64,000 nt of DNA from Mustelus asterias (lineage: Eukaryota). Made by a program: the position numbers and the translations under genes. The notes below the pieces were generated by a model. It saw only the letters and a list, made by a program, of their open reading frames with translations. It did not search any database and was not told the DNA's origin. Location: the NCBI RefSeq assembly GCF_964213995.1, contig NC_135819.1, positions 67,766,001 to 67,830,000 of the forward strand, read 5' to 3'. Of the stretch, positions 1 to 11,021 are shown in pieces; the stretch's first letter is position 1; each line of letters opens with the position of its first letter.

Positions 1-1254
1 GTGTTTTGTTCTTGTTTTCTTTACAGCTGGGACAAAATACCAGAGCACTGAGGCCGACTTTTCACACAGCTCGCCTCACATTAGGCCATTCCTGTGGCTG
101 TTTGTGCACTGTTTCCAGGGGTTGTAGATCCAACCCCTGACTTGAGGGTGAAAATCCAGGCCTTAGTCTCTGGGAGAAGAAAAACTATTAGAATATGTCA
201 GGTCTTGGGAACAAATGGTATAACTGCTTCAGATGATAACTGATGTAATTTTTGGAAAAAGATTGAGAGATACAGTGAGTGCCACAGTCTATATCAGGTG
301 CGGGAAATAAGGTTTTCTACATGAAGTGTATCACTTTACCAGCATTACAAACCATCTGGGATTGTCTGGACATTTCCAGGAATTACAGTCTAATTTCCAG
401 GAATTAGAGACCGTAATTAAACCCGGGGAGAATATCATAGGGGCATTAACAAATCATTCTTTGAACATTGTCATTTATTATAAAATGTTGGATATAAGAA
501 GCAACAGACAGTTTGGCTGACAGTAAAGAGTCCTCTAATTGGATATGGAAAAGACTATTCACTTGCCAATTTGTGTAGGAAGTCATGGGGATTGACATTT
601 TAGGTGACCAATCGTGAAATTGTGGGGACAGGGAGATTGGAGGCAGAAGGTCATGTGATGATACCTCCAGGAATGCATCCAACCAGAGTTGGCAACCCTT
701 CCCTTTCCGACTAAAAGTGCTGATGTGCCTTCTGGACCAGCAGCTGTAGAAAACATCTCACAACGTACTGTGTCCTCTTCTTTTTCATTCCCATTGCTTG
801 AGCGTCACAGGAAGAAGAGTCACATGGACGCGAAACAAAATCTGCATTTCTCTCTCTGCCAGGCCTGCCGAGTCTTTCCAGCATTCTCTGTTTTTATCTC
901 AGGATTTATTGCCTGTCCCTGTAAAAATAATGGTGGCTGATTTTGATTCACTGCGCAGAAAGGAATCAATTTAAACTGCATTCGAATGAATAAATACTAA
1001 CTCCCCACGCTTCTCCCCAGGGAGCAGGTTCCATTCTGACCAGTCACCCACTGAAATATTGTTTCCAGGGTTTGGAATTCAGCCCCTCCCTTAAGTACAG
1101 GCCTTGTCCCCCGTGTAGACATCTTCGACTGCTATGTCATTGGTAAGCTACCTGGAAGATGCCATATGAAGTTAGATGACTCAATTCCACCAGCAGTCTG
1201 TCCTCCAAGAAGAGCATCCTTAGCCTGTAGTCAATGAACTACATCTGATAACAA

Positions 1255-1839
1255 CACCAGGAGTCATAACGCCCACAGATGAGGGCACAGTATGCGTTTC
1301 AGCAATGGCGGCTGCAGTAAAGAAAGATGGCATGGTCAGGGTTTGCATCGACCCAGTTCACTTAAACAGGATGTTGCTTAGACCTCATCACCCTATGAAG
1401 ATGGTTGAATAGGTGATAGCTGACATGCTCAATGCCAAGATTTGCAGCATCTTGGATGGGAAATGCAAGTCCTGGCAAATCCTGCAGTGATACATGGCCA
1501 TGCCCTGCAGCTGAACAACTTTGTGATAGCTTTGGACGGTGCCCATTACATATGAAACTGACAATGCCTACTGCAGGTATCAGGACCAATCAACCTCCAC
1601 AATACCCCAGCCATCCAACCTACAATCCAAGCCCCCTACTCCAGTGGAAATGGAGGCTCTTCCAGAGACCAAAGCAGCAACCTTTCAGCCATTGGGTGTA
1701 TACCGAAAGGATGCCTAATGCCATCCACTCTGAGGACACCAACCCAACAGCAGCTCCAGCACACCCAACTGGCACAATCACATGCTCAGGGCATATGACT
1801 AAACCAAATGCAAGGTTCCAAGACTATGTCACAGATTAG
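1255..1839 (+). mobile_element. Degenerate, internally deleted Gypsy LTR-retrotransposon pol remnant
   Basis: 1260-1480 translates as GVITPTDEGTVCVSAMAAAVKKDGMVRVCIDPVHLNRMLLRPHHPMKMVE*VIADMLNAKICSILDGKCKSWQI (Gypsy RT N-terminus with a stop). It then jumps to a pol C-terminus-like TCSGHMTKPNARFQDYVTD, followed by a polypurine tract (GTGGGGAAAGGAGA) and a possible LTR at about 2109-2450. Confidence 0.7.
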
Positions 1840-1885
1840 TCTACAACAGGCCTTCATTTATTTCAAAGAAAGTGTGGGGAAAGGA

Positions 1886-2094
1886 ACAAAAACAGAAAAT
1901 GCTGGAAAATCTCAGCAGGTCTGACAGCATATGTGGGGAGAGAGTAGATGATCCTTCATGATGAAGAGTCATCCAGACTCGAAACGTTGGCTCTATTCTC
2001 TCTCCACAGATGCTGTCAGACCTGCTGAGATTTTACAGCATTTTCTGTTTTTATTTCAGATTCTGACAACCCAGTATTTTGCTTTTATCTTAAG
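1886..2094. mobile_element. Penelope-like terminal repeat in inverted arrangement, 12-bp TSD
   Basis: AAAAACAGAAAATGCTGGAAAATCTCAGCAGGTCTGACAGCA occurs with its reverse complement. Flanked by GTGGGGAAAGGA at 1874-1885 and 2095-2106. Contains a hammerhead-like TGATGA-A-GAGTC..GACTC-GAAAC at 1959-1985. Confidence 0.7.
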
Positions 2095-2586
2095 GTGGGG
2101 AAAGGAGATATGAAGGTCTATGCATCAGCAGATTAATCTGCGTTCTGCACAATGTAAATAGTTACATGTCGTTAGCCTGTTCAATTTGTATGTTGTAAGT
2201 AGTCTGCATCCAGTGACTGTTCTGTCACACTGTTACACCCCACAACCCACCAGCTGTCCCAATGTAAGCAGGAAAGATCACGAGTGGTCATGCGGACACT
2301 GTGATGACGTGGGCACACAGGGGATCTCCTGGGAGTGTGGGCAGACACACAGCATGTAAGAGTTGCTCGGAGTATTCAATATTGTTCTAAGCCCTTAGTC
2401 TACACCCTGGGTTCACCTGGATAAGGTGAGATAGCTTGTTATGATTGACATAGCCTAGTCGCTTTAGAATTGTAAAAGCAATCACAGTACCACTCCCTTT
2501 TCCAGTGAGAACATGCCCAACTTTACAGTTACTGGTTGATAAACAATTCCAACAGAAGTTACATCATTAGTATTAGCCTATTCATT

Positions 2587-4068
2587 CTCTGACACTGAAT
2601 GATGTTCTGCACATTTGCTGCACGTGTTGCAGCTTTATGTATTTATGTTAACCTCACATTACAAAATGCTGCACTATTGATAAAGTCGATCTCGGATAAT
2701 CTGACCCAATACTGGGCCGTGACATCTCCTTGGTAGATTGTTATGGGGGGTGGGTCGGAGGGTTACTGACAGAGCGATCAAACCTCTCCACAGTGAGGGA
2801 AATTTAGCAGACAAGAGCTAACAGGCAAACTCTTCTGAGCTTGGAACTTTCCAGAAGGCGATTAAATAGCAGAATGTCTGTTACCTCAGCTAGGGGCCAT
2901 CCCTGGAATAAAACCTAGTGAAAATAAAATATGAGGAAACAAAAGAAGTTTCAGCAAGTGAATTACTTGTGACTTTTCAAGCCTAATATTTATTAGTTTG
3001 CAAAAGTGACAGGTATATGGGAATGGGTGCTCTTCACCATTTTGATATCTTTCAGATATTCGAGGCCCCAAAGTCAGATTGTCCTACACTGCTCAACTTC
3101 ATAAAGTCAATCCACTAATTCAGGGGCTCCCAAACTGGGATCTGAGGAACTTGGGGAGTCAGGGGGTGCTTGCCAGGGGGTCAGCGGGAGCCTGTCAGGG
3201 GGTCAGCAGGTGCCAGAGGGTCAGCGGGAGCCTGTCAGGGGGTCAGCAGGTGCCAGAGGGTCAGCGGGAGCCTGTCAGGGGGTCAGCAGGTGCCAGAGGG
3301 TCAGCAGGGGCCTGCCAAGAGGTCAGCAGATGCCAGGGGGTCAGCGGGAGCCTGCCAGCAGGTCAGGGAGCTCAGCAGGTGCCGGGGGTCAGCGGGAGCC
3401 TGTCAGGGGGTCAGCAGGTGCCAGAGGGTCAGCGGGAGCCTGCCAGGGTGTCATTGAGTGCCGGGGGTCAGCCTGCCAGGGGGTCCGTGGGAGTCTGCCA
3501 GGGGGCCAGCAGGTGCCAGGAGGTCAGCAGGTGCCAGGGAGTCAGCAGGTGCCAGGGGGCTAGCGGGTGCCAGGGGGTCCGTGGCAGGACAGGCTCATTT
3601 GTAAAATTGGAAATATACTGCACAGTTGCTTGTCCAATGAGAGGCTGGTCTCTCTCTGATTGGACGAGCTGGGAACAGCATGAAACTAAAATCTGCTGAC
3701 CTCTTGGCAGGCCCCTGCTGACCCTCTGGCACCTGCTGACCCCCTGACAGGCTCCCGCTGACCCTCTGGCACCTGCTGACCCCCTGACAGGCTCCCGCTG
3801 ACCCCCTGGCACCTGCTGACCCCCTGACAGGCTCCCGCTGACCCCCTGGCAAGCACCCCCTGACTCCCCAAGTTCCTCAGATCCCAGTTTGGGAGCCCCT
3901 GAATTAGTGGATTGACTTTATGAAGTTGAGCAGTGTAGGACAATCTGACTTTGGGGCCTCGAATATCGACTTTATCAATAGTGCAGCATTTTGTAATGTG
4001 AGGTTAACATAAATACATAAAGCTGCAACACGTGCAGCAAATGTGCAGAACATCATTCAGTGTCAGAG
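2587..4068. repeat. Discontinuous inverted duplication (A-B-C-D-C'-A')
   Basis: 3691-3967 is the reverse complement of 3055-3331 (one mismatch seen). 3965-4068 is the reverse complement of 2587-2690. Confidence 0.9.
3170..3585. repeat. GC-rich minisatellite, 40-bp period, degenerating 3'
   Basis: Unit TCAGCGGGAGCCTGTCAGGGGGTCAGCAGGTGCCAGAGGG repeats at 3181, 3221, 3261; shorter ~18-22 bp subunits follow. Confidence 0.9.
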
Positions 4069-4079
4069 CAAGAGTGGAC

Positions 4080-4870
4080 TGTGAAGTGATGGGAAGAGTC
4101 AGAACAGAATCCAGAGCAGGTCTCAGAGCAGAACCCAGGGCAGGTCTCAGAGCAGAACCCAGAGTGGGTCTCAGAGCAGAACCCAGGGCAGGTCTCAGCG
4201 CAGAACCCAGAGCGGGTCTCAGAGCAGAACCCAGGGCAGGTCTCAGAGCAGAATCCAGAGCAGGTCTCAGAGCAGAACCCAGAGCGGGTCTCAGAGCAGA
4301 ACCCAGAGCGGGTCTCAGAGCAGAACCCAGGGCAGGTCTCAGAGCAGAATCCAGAGCAGGTCTCAGAGCAGAACCCAGAGCGAGTCTCAGAGCAGAACCC
4401 AGAGCGAGTCTCGGAGCAGAACCCAGAGCGGGTCTCAGAGCAGAATCCAGAGCGGATTTTAGAGCAGAATCCAGAGCGGGTCTCAGAGCAGAATCCAGAG
4501 CGGGTCTCAGAGCAGAATCCAGAGCGAGTCTCAGAGCAGAACCCAGAGCGGGTCTCAGAGCAGAACCCAGAGCGGATCTCAGAGCAGAACCCAGAGCGGG
4601 TCTCAGAGCAGAACCCAGAGCGGGTCTCAGAGCAGAACCCAGAGCGGATCTCAGAGCAGAACCCAGAGCGGGTCTCAGAGCAGAACCCAGAGCGGATCTC
4701 AGAGCAGAACCCAGGGCGGATTTCAGAGCAGAACCCAGAGTGGGTTTCAGTGCAGAACCCAGAGCAGGCCTCAGAGCAGAGCCCAGAGCGGGTCTCAGAG
4801 CAGAACCCAGAGTGGGTCTCAGAGCAGAACCCAGAGCGGATCTCAGAGCAGAACCCAGAGCGGGTCTCGG
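4080..4870. repeat. 24-bp minisatellite (about 33 copies)
   Basis: Consensus AGAGCAGAACCCAGAGCGGGTCTC; explains the RAEPRAGL / ALGSALRP ORFs. Confidence 0.95.
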
Positions 4871-5739
4871 AGCCAAACTTAGCGCGTGGTGAGTGTGTCT
4901 GATACGAGTATCAGCTTTCCAGCATCACTATCCTATTAAAAATGACAAAGGCCAGGATAAGACTATTTTTTAAAAAATAAGACAACTTTTTAGATGGCCC
5001 ACTCCTAAAATGGGTACTATTTCCAGGGGTTAATGTTAAGGGGCTATGGGAGAGTGGTTTGGCAAGGGGTCAATTAGTGGAGGCCATGTTGCTGTTGAAA
5101 ATATTTGAGACTGGGTGCCTCTTTCTAACTCCTAATATATACATAGTTATAATTAGAAATACTTACATTTGATTTCTGTGTTCATGTCTCTTTTGTGGCA
5201 AAATGGGGCATCGACATGTTAAGAATGCTTGGAGTTCCTTGATGCTCTTGGGAGGTCACTAGGGGTTCTGCTGCTTGCAAAGTTTGGGAAACCCTGCCCT
5301 AATTTAAAGGATATTATGTTTTTTCCCCACCTCTCTGAGACAAAATAAATTAAACATTGTTGTAATTCCGTCTTTCCACCAGATGTCCAGCTCCAGTGTG
5401 GCTCACTGAGTATCATGCTCAGCTCTTAGTCTTAAGGTTGATTAGATTTGATTTATTATTGTCACATGTATTGGGATACAGTGAAAAGTATTATTTTTTG
5501 CACGCTATACAGACAAAGCATACCATTCATAGAGTACATAGGGGAGAAGAAAAGGAGAGGGTGCAGAATATAATGTTATAGTCATAGCGAGAGTGTAGAG
5601 AGTTTAAGAGAGTGAGAGTACAGTTTTAAAAGCATAGAACAAGAGTAAAAGATAGAATTAGAGGGTGTGCTGGGGACAGCTCGTAAGAAGTCGCTTCACT
5701 CCGGCGCCATCTTGAATCCTCTCAAGTCGCGCTCCAGAT

Positions 5740-6050
5740 ACTTTAGCACAAAAATCTAGGCCAACACTCCAGTGCGGCATTGAGGAGGTGCTGTCGCAAG
5801 TCTCAATATGATGAAACGTTACACTGCCTGCTCTCCCACATGGATGCAAAAGATCCCATGGCATTATCGCAAAGCAGAGTAGGGAAGTTATCCACAGACA
5901 CCTGACAACAATTTATCCCTCAATTTCACTAAAAAAAACATTATCTGGCCATTACCACATTGAAAATTGGCCGCTGTGTTTCCTGAATAATAACAATGAT
6001 TCAAAAGTACTTCATTGGCTGTAAAGTGCTTTGGGATGTCCTGAAATTGT
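5740..6050 (+). mobile_element. DeuSINE-type (SacSINE1/AmnSINE1-like) SINE, degenerate
   Basis: GATGCAAAAGATCCCATGGCA...TTTATCCCTCAA...CAAAAGTACTTCATTGGCTGTAAAGTGCTTTGGGATGTCCTGA; homologous copies elsewhere in the window. Confidence 0.6.
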
Positions 6051-6526
6051 CTCTAATTTGTATCGATCCATCTCTTTCAAAAGGGGTCAGTTGACCCGAA
6101 CTGAATCTTTCTCTAAGAATTTGTTGCCCGTTAAGTAATTTATGGCGAGAAAAGTTCTATCTGACATCCAACCTTACCTGCAACTCATGAAAGCGTTACC
6201 TATGATGCCATATCCCAGGCTTATTGTCCAACTTAAACCGCTTATTTATTTTCACCTGATTGATATTTATTTTGATAGGTTGGATCATATCTTCCCTCAG
6301 TCTCTTTTTCTCGAATGAAAATATAGTTAGTCACCTGAGATTTTCTTCATCCTTTTTCCAAGGAATTAACCCCTTAACCCACTTAAAATAGGAGGGGGTT
6401 AATTACATTAGAAAAGGCTTAGCTAGAAGGCCTAAGGGAGTAGGCCTGCGAGAAGGCACTAGGAACAGATTGACTGTCACAACACCATAGCTCAAGGAAG
6501 GTTGCTGACCCAAGAAATTTACTCAC

Positions 6527-6594
6527 CCGCCAAAAGTTACCCGACTACGAGCAGTCGCGAAGACAATGCTGAGAAAGAGCCAAAGTGCCCTCAT
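6527..6594 (-). CDS. Signal-peptide-coding first coding exon, probably of a second carboxypeptidase A-like gene continuing off the left edge
   Basis: Strong acceptor (tttcattctttatttccacAG), then ATA-ATG, ORF MRALWLFLSIVFATARSRVTFG-G, phase-2 donor GG|GTGAGT. Same architecture and ending (TFxG, phase 2) as CPA exon 1 at 49197-49261. No downstream exon found in 1-6500. Confidence 0.5.
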
Positions 6595-7191
6595 TATCTG
6601 TGGAAATAAAGAATGAAATAGAAACAGTGTTACTCACTTTTTCACTTTAATATATTTTTTGATGGTAACTCAGGCACTGGTGACATGACATGTCATTGGG
6701 ACATTTCCCCATATCTGGGTTTCTTCAAAGGCAAAGATATCTCCATTGGCTAATAGTTCAGCAAGTGGAATATCTAACACTCAAGGCTGCACAATGGGTC
6801 CATCATAAAAGTTTGGACAGAGCTCCTCCAAGTCAATCGAAGGATTATCAATAAAGCCGGCATCACGATGCCCGTATCTCAAAAAAATTTTTTTTTACAA
6901 AATATTTGCAGCAAGAAAAAGGCCTTTCAAGCCCATTCTCCACACAATCTTCATCCAAACCCGCCAGCCTGTCCTCTATTCCTTTCTTCATCATGTGCTT
7001 ATCTAGTTTCCCTTAAATATATCTATCATACTCACTTCAGCTACACCCTGGGATGGCAAGTTTCACATTCTCGCCACTCTCTTAGGTCAATACTCTAAGG
7101 ACCATCATAACCGTGACTCCACGCCCATGTGCATCACCATAGGGAGACCAGCTAGTTCCTCCTTCCCAAAAAAGAATCCTCCAGCACTCAC

Positions 7192-7320
7192 CTTATTGTG
7201 TTGAGTTCTTCCACCTCAATCTGTTGGAATTTCCAATCTCAGAAGATCTTTGTGAGCCGCTTGGTGAAGTCTTTAACAACCGAGACAATTTGTAAAGGCA
7301 AGTTATTGAAACGGTGGGAG
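7192..7320 (-). other. Candidate non-coding first exon of the minus-strand signal-peptide gene
   Basis: Consensus donor AAG|GTGAGT (7192/7191) about 600 bp upstream of the acceptor at 6598-6599; 5' end not defined. Confidence 0.4.
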
Positions 7321-7354
7321 ATTCCTGTCAGTGGCGGAGACTGGCAGCTGCAGT

Positions 7355-7369
7355 GTTACCAACGGTAAC
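7355..7369. promoter_or_regulatory. RFX X-box
   Basis: GTTACC-AAC-GGTAAC fits GTNRCC(N0-3)RGYAAC, within a non-repetitive, relatively CpG-retaining segment (about 7240-7980). Confidence 0.55.
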
Positions 7370-8007
7370 TGAGGTGTGACTATTTGTGCAATTCCACGGT
7401 TATCAATATAAGGAGGTGGATACCATAAAGCGTTGCGATAAGCTTGTGGTTGACACTTCCTTATAAAATTCGCAACTCTCTTCCTGAGGTATGCAATGAA
7501 ATATGAGAACTTGTTGGCAACAGGAAGCTTTGTGAATCCTGTGTTGAGTTTGTTTTGCCCAAGGGCGAAAAATCTGATTTTTGGAACTTCTGCAAATTCT
7601 GCAACCAATTCGCTTGCAGGTGTCAGTTAGATGGTAACGTAAATCTTTGATCAGCGTGTTTTATTAAATGTATACTGCGCAGCCTTAAGGGAACGTTGTG
7701 AGTCTGGACACTATTGCAAGTTGGTCAGGTGGTTCGCAGATTTAAACCGAGTGGTTACAGAGAGCGGACAAAAGTTCAGAAGAAAATTGTCCAGCAAATT
7801 GTGGGATTTTGCATCATCCACAGTGTGCTGCATGGTTCAGTGAGTGAGGGCTACAGGAGACTCTGTGGATGCTGTGCCAAGTTTTGCTTTTGTCTCGTAG
7901 TGATAAATCTGATTTATAGAGCTTGCGAAAGTTCTGCTATGAATTTGGATTAACCCTGCACTTGGATGTAACAGCGTAAGAACTGGGAACAGGCATAGGC
8001 CATACTG

Positions 8008-9061
8008 TCATAAGAACATAAGAAATAGGAACAGGAGCAGGCCATCTAGCCCCTCAAGCCTGCCCCGCCATTCAATAAGATCATGGCTGATCTGAAGTGA
8101 ATCAGTTCCACTTACCCGCCTGCTCCCCATAACCCTTAATTCCCCTACCGATCAGAAATCCATCTATCCGTGACTTAAACATATTCAACGAGGTGGCCTC
8201 CACCACTTCAGTGGGCAGAGAACTCCAGAGATTCACCACCCTCTGAGAGAAGAAGTTCCTCCTCAACTCTGTCCTAAACTGACCCCCCTTTATTTTGAGG
8301 CTGTGCCCTCTAGTTCTGGTTTCCTTTCTAAGTGGAAAGAATCTCTCCACTTCTACCCTATCCAGCCCCTTCATTATCTTATATGCATCTATAAGATCAC
8401 CCCTCAGCCTTCTAAACTCCAACGAGTACAAACCTAATCTGCTCAATCTCTCCTCATAATTTACACCCCTCATCTCCGGTGTCAACCTGGTGAACCTTCT
8501 CTGCACTCCCTCCAAGGCCAATATATCCTTTCGCAAGTAAGGGGACCAAAACTGCACACAGTATTCCAGCTGCGGCCTCACCAATGCCTTGTACAGATGC
8601 AGCAAGACTTCTCTGCTTTTATATTCTATCCCCCTCGCGATAAATGCCAACATCCCATTTGCCTTCTTGATCACCTGTTGTACTTGCAGACTGAGTTTTT
8701 GCGACTCATGCACAAGGACCCCCAGGTCCCTTTGCACAGTAGCATGTTGTAATTTTTTTCCATTTAAATAATAATCCAATTTGCTATTATTTCTTCCAAA
8801 GTGAATAACCTTGCATTTGCAAACGTTATACTCCATCTGCCAGATCCGTGCCCACTCACTCAGCCTATTCAAATCTCTCTGCAGACCTTCCGCTTCCTCC
8901 ACGCAATTCACGTTCCCACTTATCTTCGTGTCGTCAGCAAACTTTGTTACCCTACACTCGGTCCCCTCCTCCAGATCATCTATGTAAATAGTAAACAGTT
9001 GAGGCCCCAGTACCGATCCCTGTGGCACGCCACTAGTCACCATCTGCCAACCAGAAATCAA
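8008..9061 (-). mobile_element. 5'-truncated CR1 LINE (RT C-terminal half still open) with 3' UTR and short tandem tail
   Basis: ORF 8102..9061: GVPQGSVLGP, KFADD, YCVQFWSP, RRLRGDLI. Tail reads CATAAGAA-CATAAGAA on the plus strand at about 8008-8023. Confidence 0.92.
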
Positions 9062-10094
9062 CCAACTTGTCCCTCAAGTTTACTCTGCCATTTAATAAGA
9101 ACATGGCTGATCTTCGACATCAACTTCACTTTCTCTCTCTACCCCCATCATCCTTTGATTTCCTTAGTACTCAAAAATATACTGATCTCAGTCTTGAATA
9201 TGCTCAATGACTGACCATCCAGGATAGGATAGAGAATTCTGAAGATTCACAGCCCTCTGAGTGAATTACCTCAGTCAAAATGGCTGACACCTCATCCAGA
9301 ACTTTGGGTAGAATTCTCCCATGCCCCCGCCAACAATTTCAATGTTGGGTGGGAGTGGCGGGGGGGAGAGAGATGTTGGTGGGAGGCTCAGAAATTAGGT
9401 TTACGGCAGCTTGAATTTCTCATGGGATCTTCTGCTGGTGCCCGCCATGGTGAATCGGGAAACCCACTGCAGGCCACCATGAAACTGATGTGCTTCCCAC
9501 TAATGGGATGCAAACAAAGACCCAACCTCCAATGCCCGATTCTCTGCAATGTTGGTGGGGAAACACGCTGGTGCAAAACACGTCTGGAACAACATGGTGT
9601 GCAGATGTCGGGACTCACCCAAATGATGCCTGGGGCTGACTCCGGAGTTCAGAATAGAGGGATCCCCAAACACACCACAGCAATGGGCAGGGGAGCAACT
9701 ACAGCTGGACCTTCCAGACCTTCCAGATTCAGCGCCATGGAGGAAGTCCATCTTCCAGCCTCAGATCCATCTGGTTCCTCAGGCGGTCACAGAATCACAG
9801 AATCAGAATCATAGAATACTACAGTGCAGAAGAGATCCTTCGGCCCATCGAGTCCACACCGACGCATGAAATGCCCTGACCTGTGAATATAAAACTAACT
9901 TACCTCGGGGATCCGTGGCCTAGTCTACAGGGAGCGGTCGGTGGGTGGAGCTGAGCGTAACTGTGGGTATAAAACTAACTTACCGGCGAAGGTGATTGGC
10001 GGTTGCAGGTCATATTTGCGTAAGTGCAGTCACTGTGACCAGAAGGTGGTTTGTGGAGGAGCTGCTGTGAAGGGACAGTCCGTATAAGGGCAAA

Positions 10095-11021
10095 ATGGCA
10101 GCTAGGGCAGTGGCATGTTCCTCTTGCCAGATGTGGGCAATTAGGGAGCAGCCTAGTCTCCCTGACAACTTTGTCTGCAGGAAGTGTGTCCAGTTGCAAC
10201 TCCTCACAGACCGCATTGTTTGGTTGGAGCGGCAGGTGGATGGACTGCAGAGCATACAGGAGGCAGAGAGTGTGATAGACACTAGTTACAGGGAGGTTGT
10301 CACACCACAGGTTCAGACAGGTGGATGGGTGACCGCCAGGACAGGCGGGCAGGTGGTGCAGGAGTCTCCTGAGCCTATTCCTCTTTCAAACAGGTATACC
10401 ATTTTGGATGCTGTTGAGTGGGATAGCCTGTCAGGGGGAGATACCAGCAGCAGCCAGGTCTGTGAGACCACAGCTGGTTCTGCTGTGGGAAAGGGTCGGG
10501 CAAAGAGCAAGCGAGCAGTAGTAATCGGGGACTCACTAGTTAGAGGCACGGACAGGCATTTCTGTGGCCGCAATCGAGACTCCAGGATGGTGTGTTGCCT
10601 CCCTGGTGCCAGGGTCAAGGACGCCTCTGAGCGATTGCAGGACATTCTTCAGGGGGAGGGTGAGCAGCTAGAGGTCGTTGTACATATTGGTACCAACGAC
10701 ATAGGTAGGAAAAGGGATGAGGTCCTGAAATGTGAATATAGAGAGTTAGGCAGAAGGCTAAAGTGCAGGCCCTCGAAGTTAGTATTTTCAGGATTACTAC
10801 CGCTGCCATGTGCTAGTGAGAGTATGAATAGGAGGATTAGGCAGATGAATGCGTGGCTTGAGAGCTGGTGCAGGGGGCAGGGATTTAGATTTTTGGATCA
10901 TTCGGATCTTTTCTGGGGAAGGGCTGATCTGTTCAAGAGGGATGGGTTACATTTGAACTGGAGGGGGACTAACATCCTGGCGGGGAGATTTGCGAGAGCC
11001 ACTTGGGAAGGTTTAAACTAG
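10095..11021 (+). CDS. CR1 LINE ORF1p: zinc finger (CxxC...CxxC), coiled coil, SGNH/GDSL esterase-like domain
   Basis: CSSC...CRKC, heptad LQLLTDRIVWLERQVDGL, VIGDSL, PGA, HIGTND, DGLHLN motifs; uninterrupted 308 aa. Confidence 0.88.
   Translation: MAARAVACSSCQMWAIREQPSLPDNFVCRKCVQLQLLTDRIVWLERQVDGLQSIQEAESVIDTSYREVVTPQVQTGGWVTARTGGQVVQESPEPIPLSNRYTILDAVEWDSLSGGDTSSSQVCETTAGSAVGKGRAKSKRAVVIGDSLVRGTDRHFCGRNRDSRMVCCLPGARVKDASERLQDILQGEGEQLEVVVHIGTNDIGRKRDEVLKCEYRELGRRLKCRPSKLVFSGLLPLPCASESMNRRIRQMNAWLESWCRGQGFRFLDHSDLFWGRADLFKRDGLHLNWRGTNILAGRFARATWEGLN

Noticed and set aside
2691-3054. Segment skipped in the inverted copy as a spliced-out intron (retrocopy)
   Set aside because: It ends in CAG, but no junction register gives GT-AG, GC-AG or AT-AC on either strand.
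3079-3943. Twin ORFs starting MSYTAQLHKVNPLIQ on opposite strands
   Set aside because: Products of the inverted duplication plus the 40-bp minisatellite; non-ATG starts and no domain.
4004-4892. 290/286-aa repetitive ORFs, or a CRISPR-like array
   Set aside because: Pure 24-bp tandem repeat without unique spacers; stop-free frames follow from the unit sequence; eukaryotic context.
5161-5340. Candidate second exon for the minus-strand signal-peptide gene
   Set aside because: AG/GT sites exist, but every phase-compatible frame hits a stop and nothing resembles the CPA propeptide.
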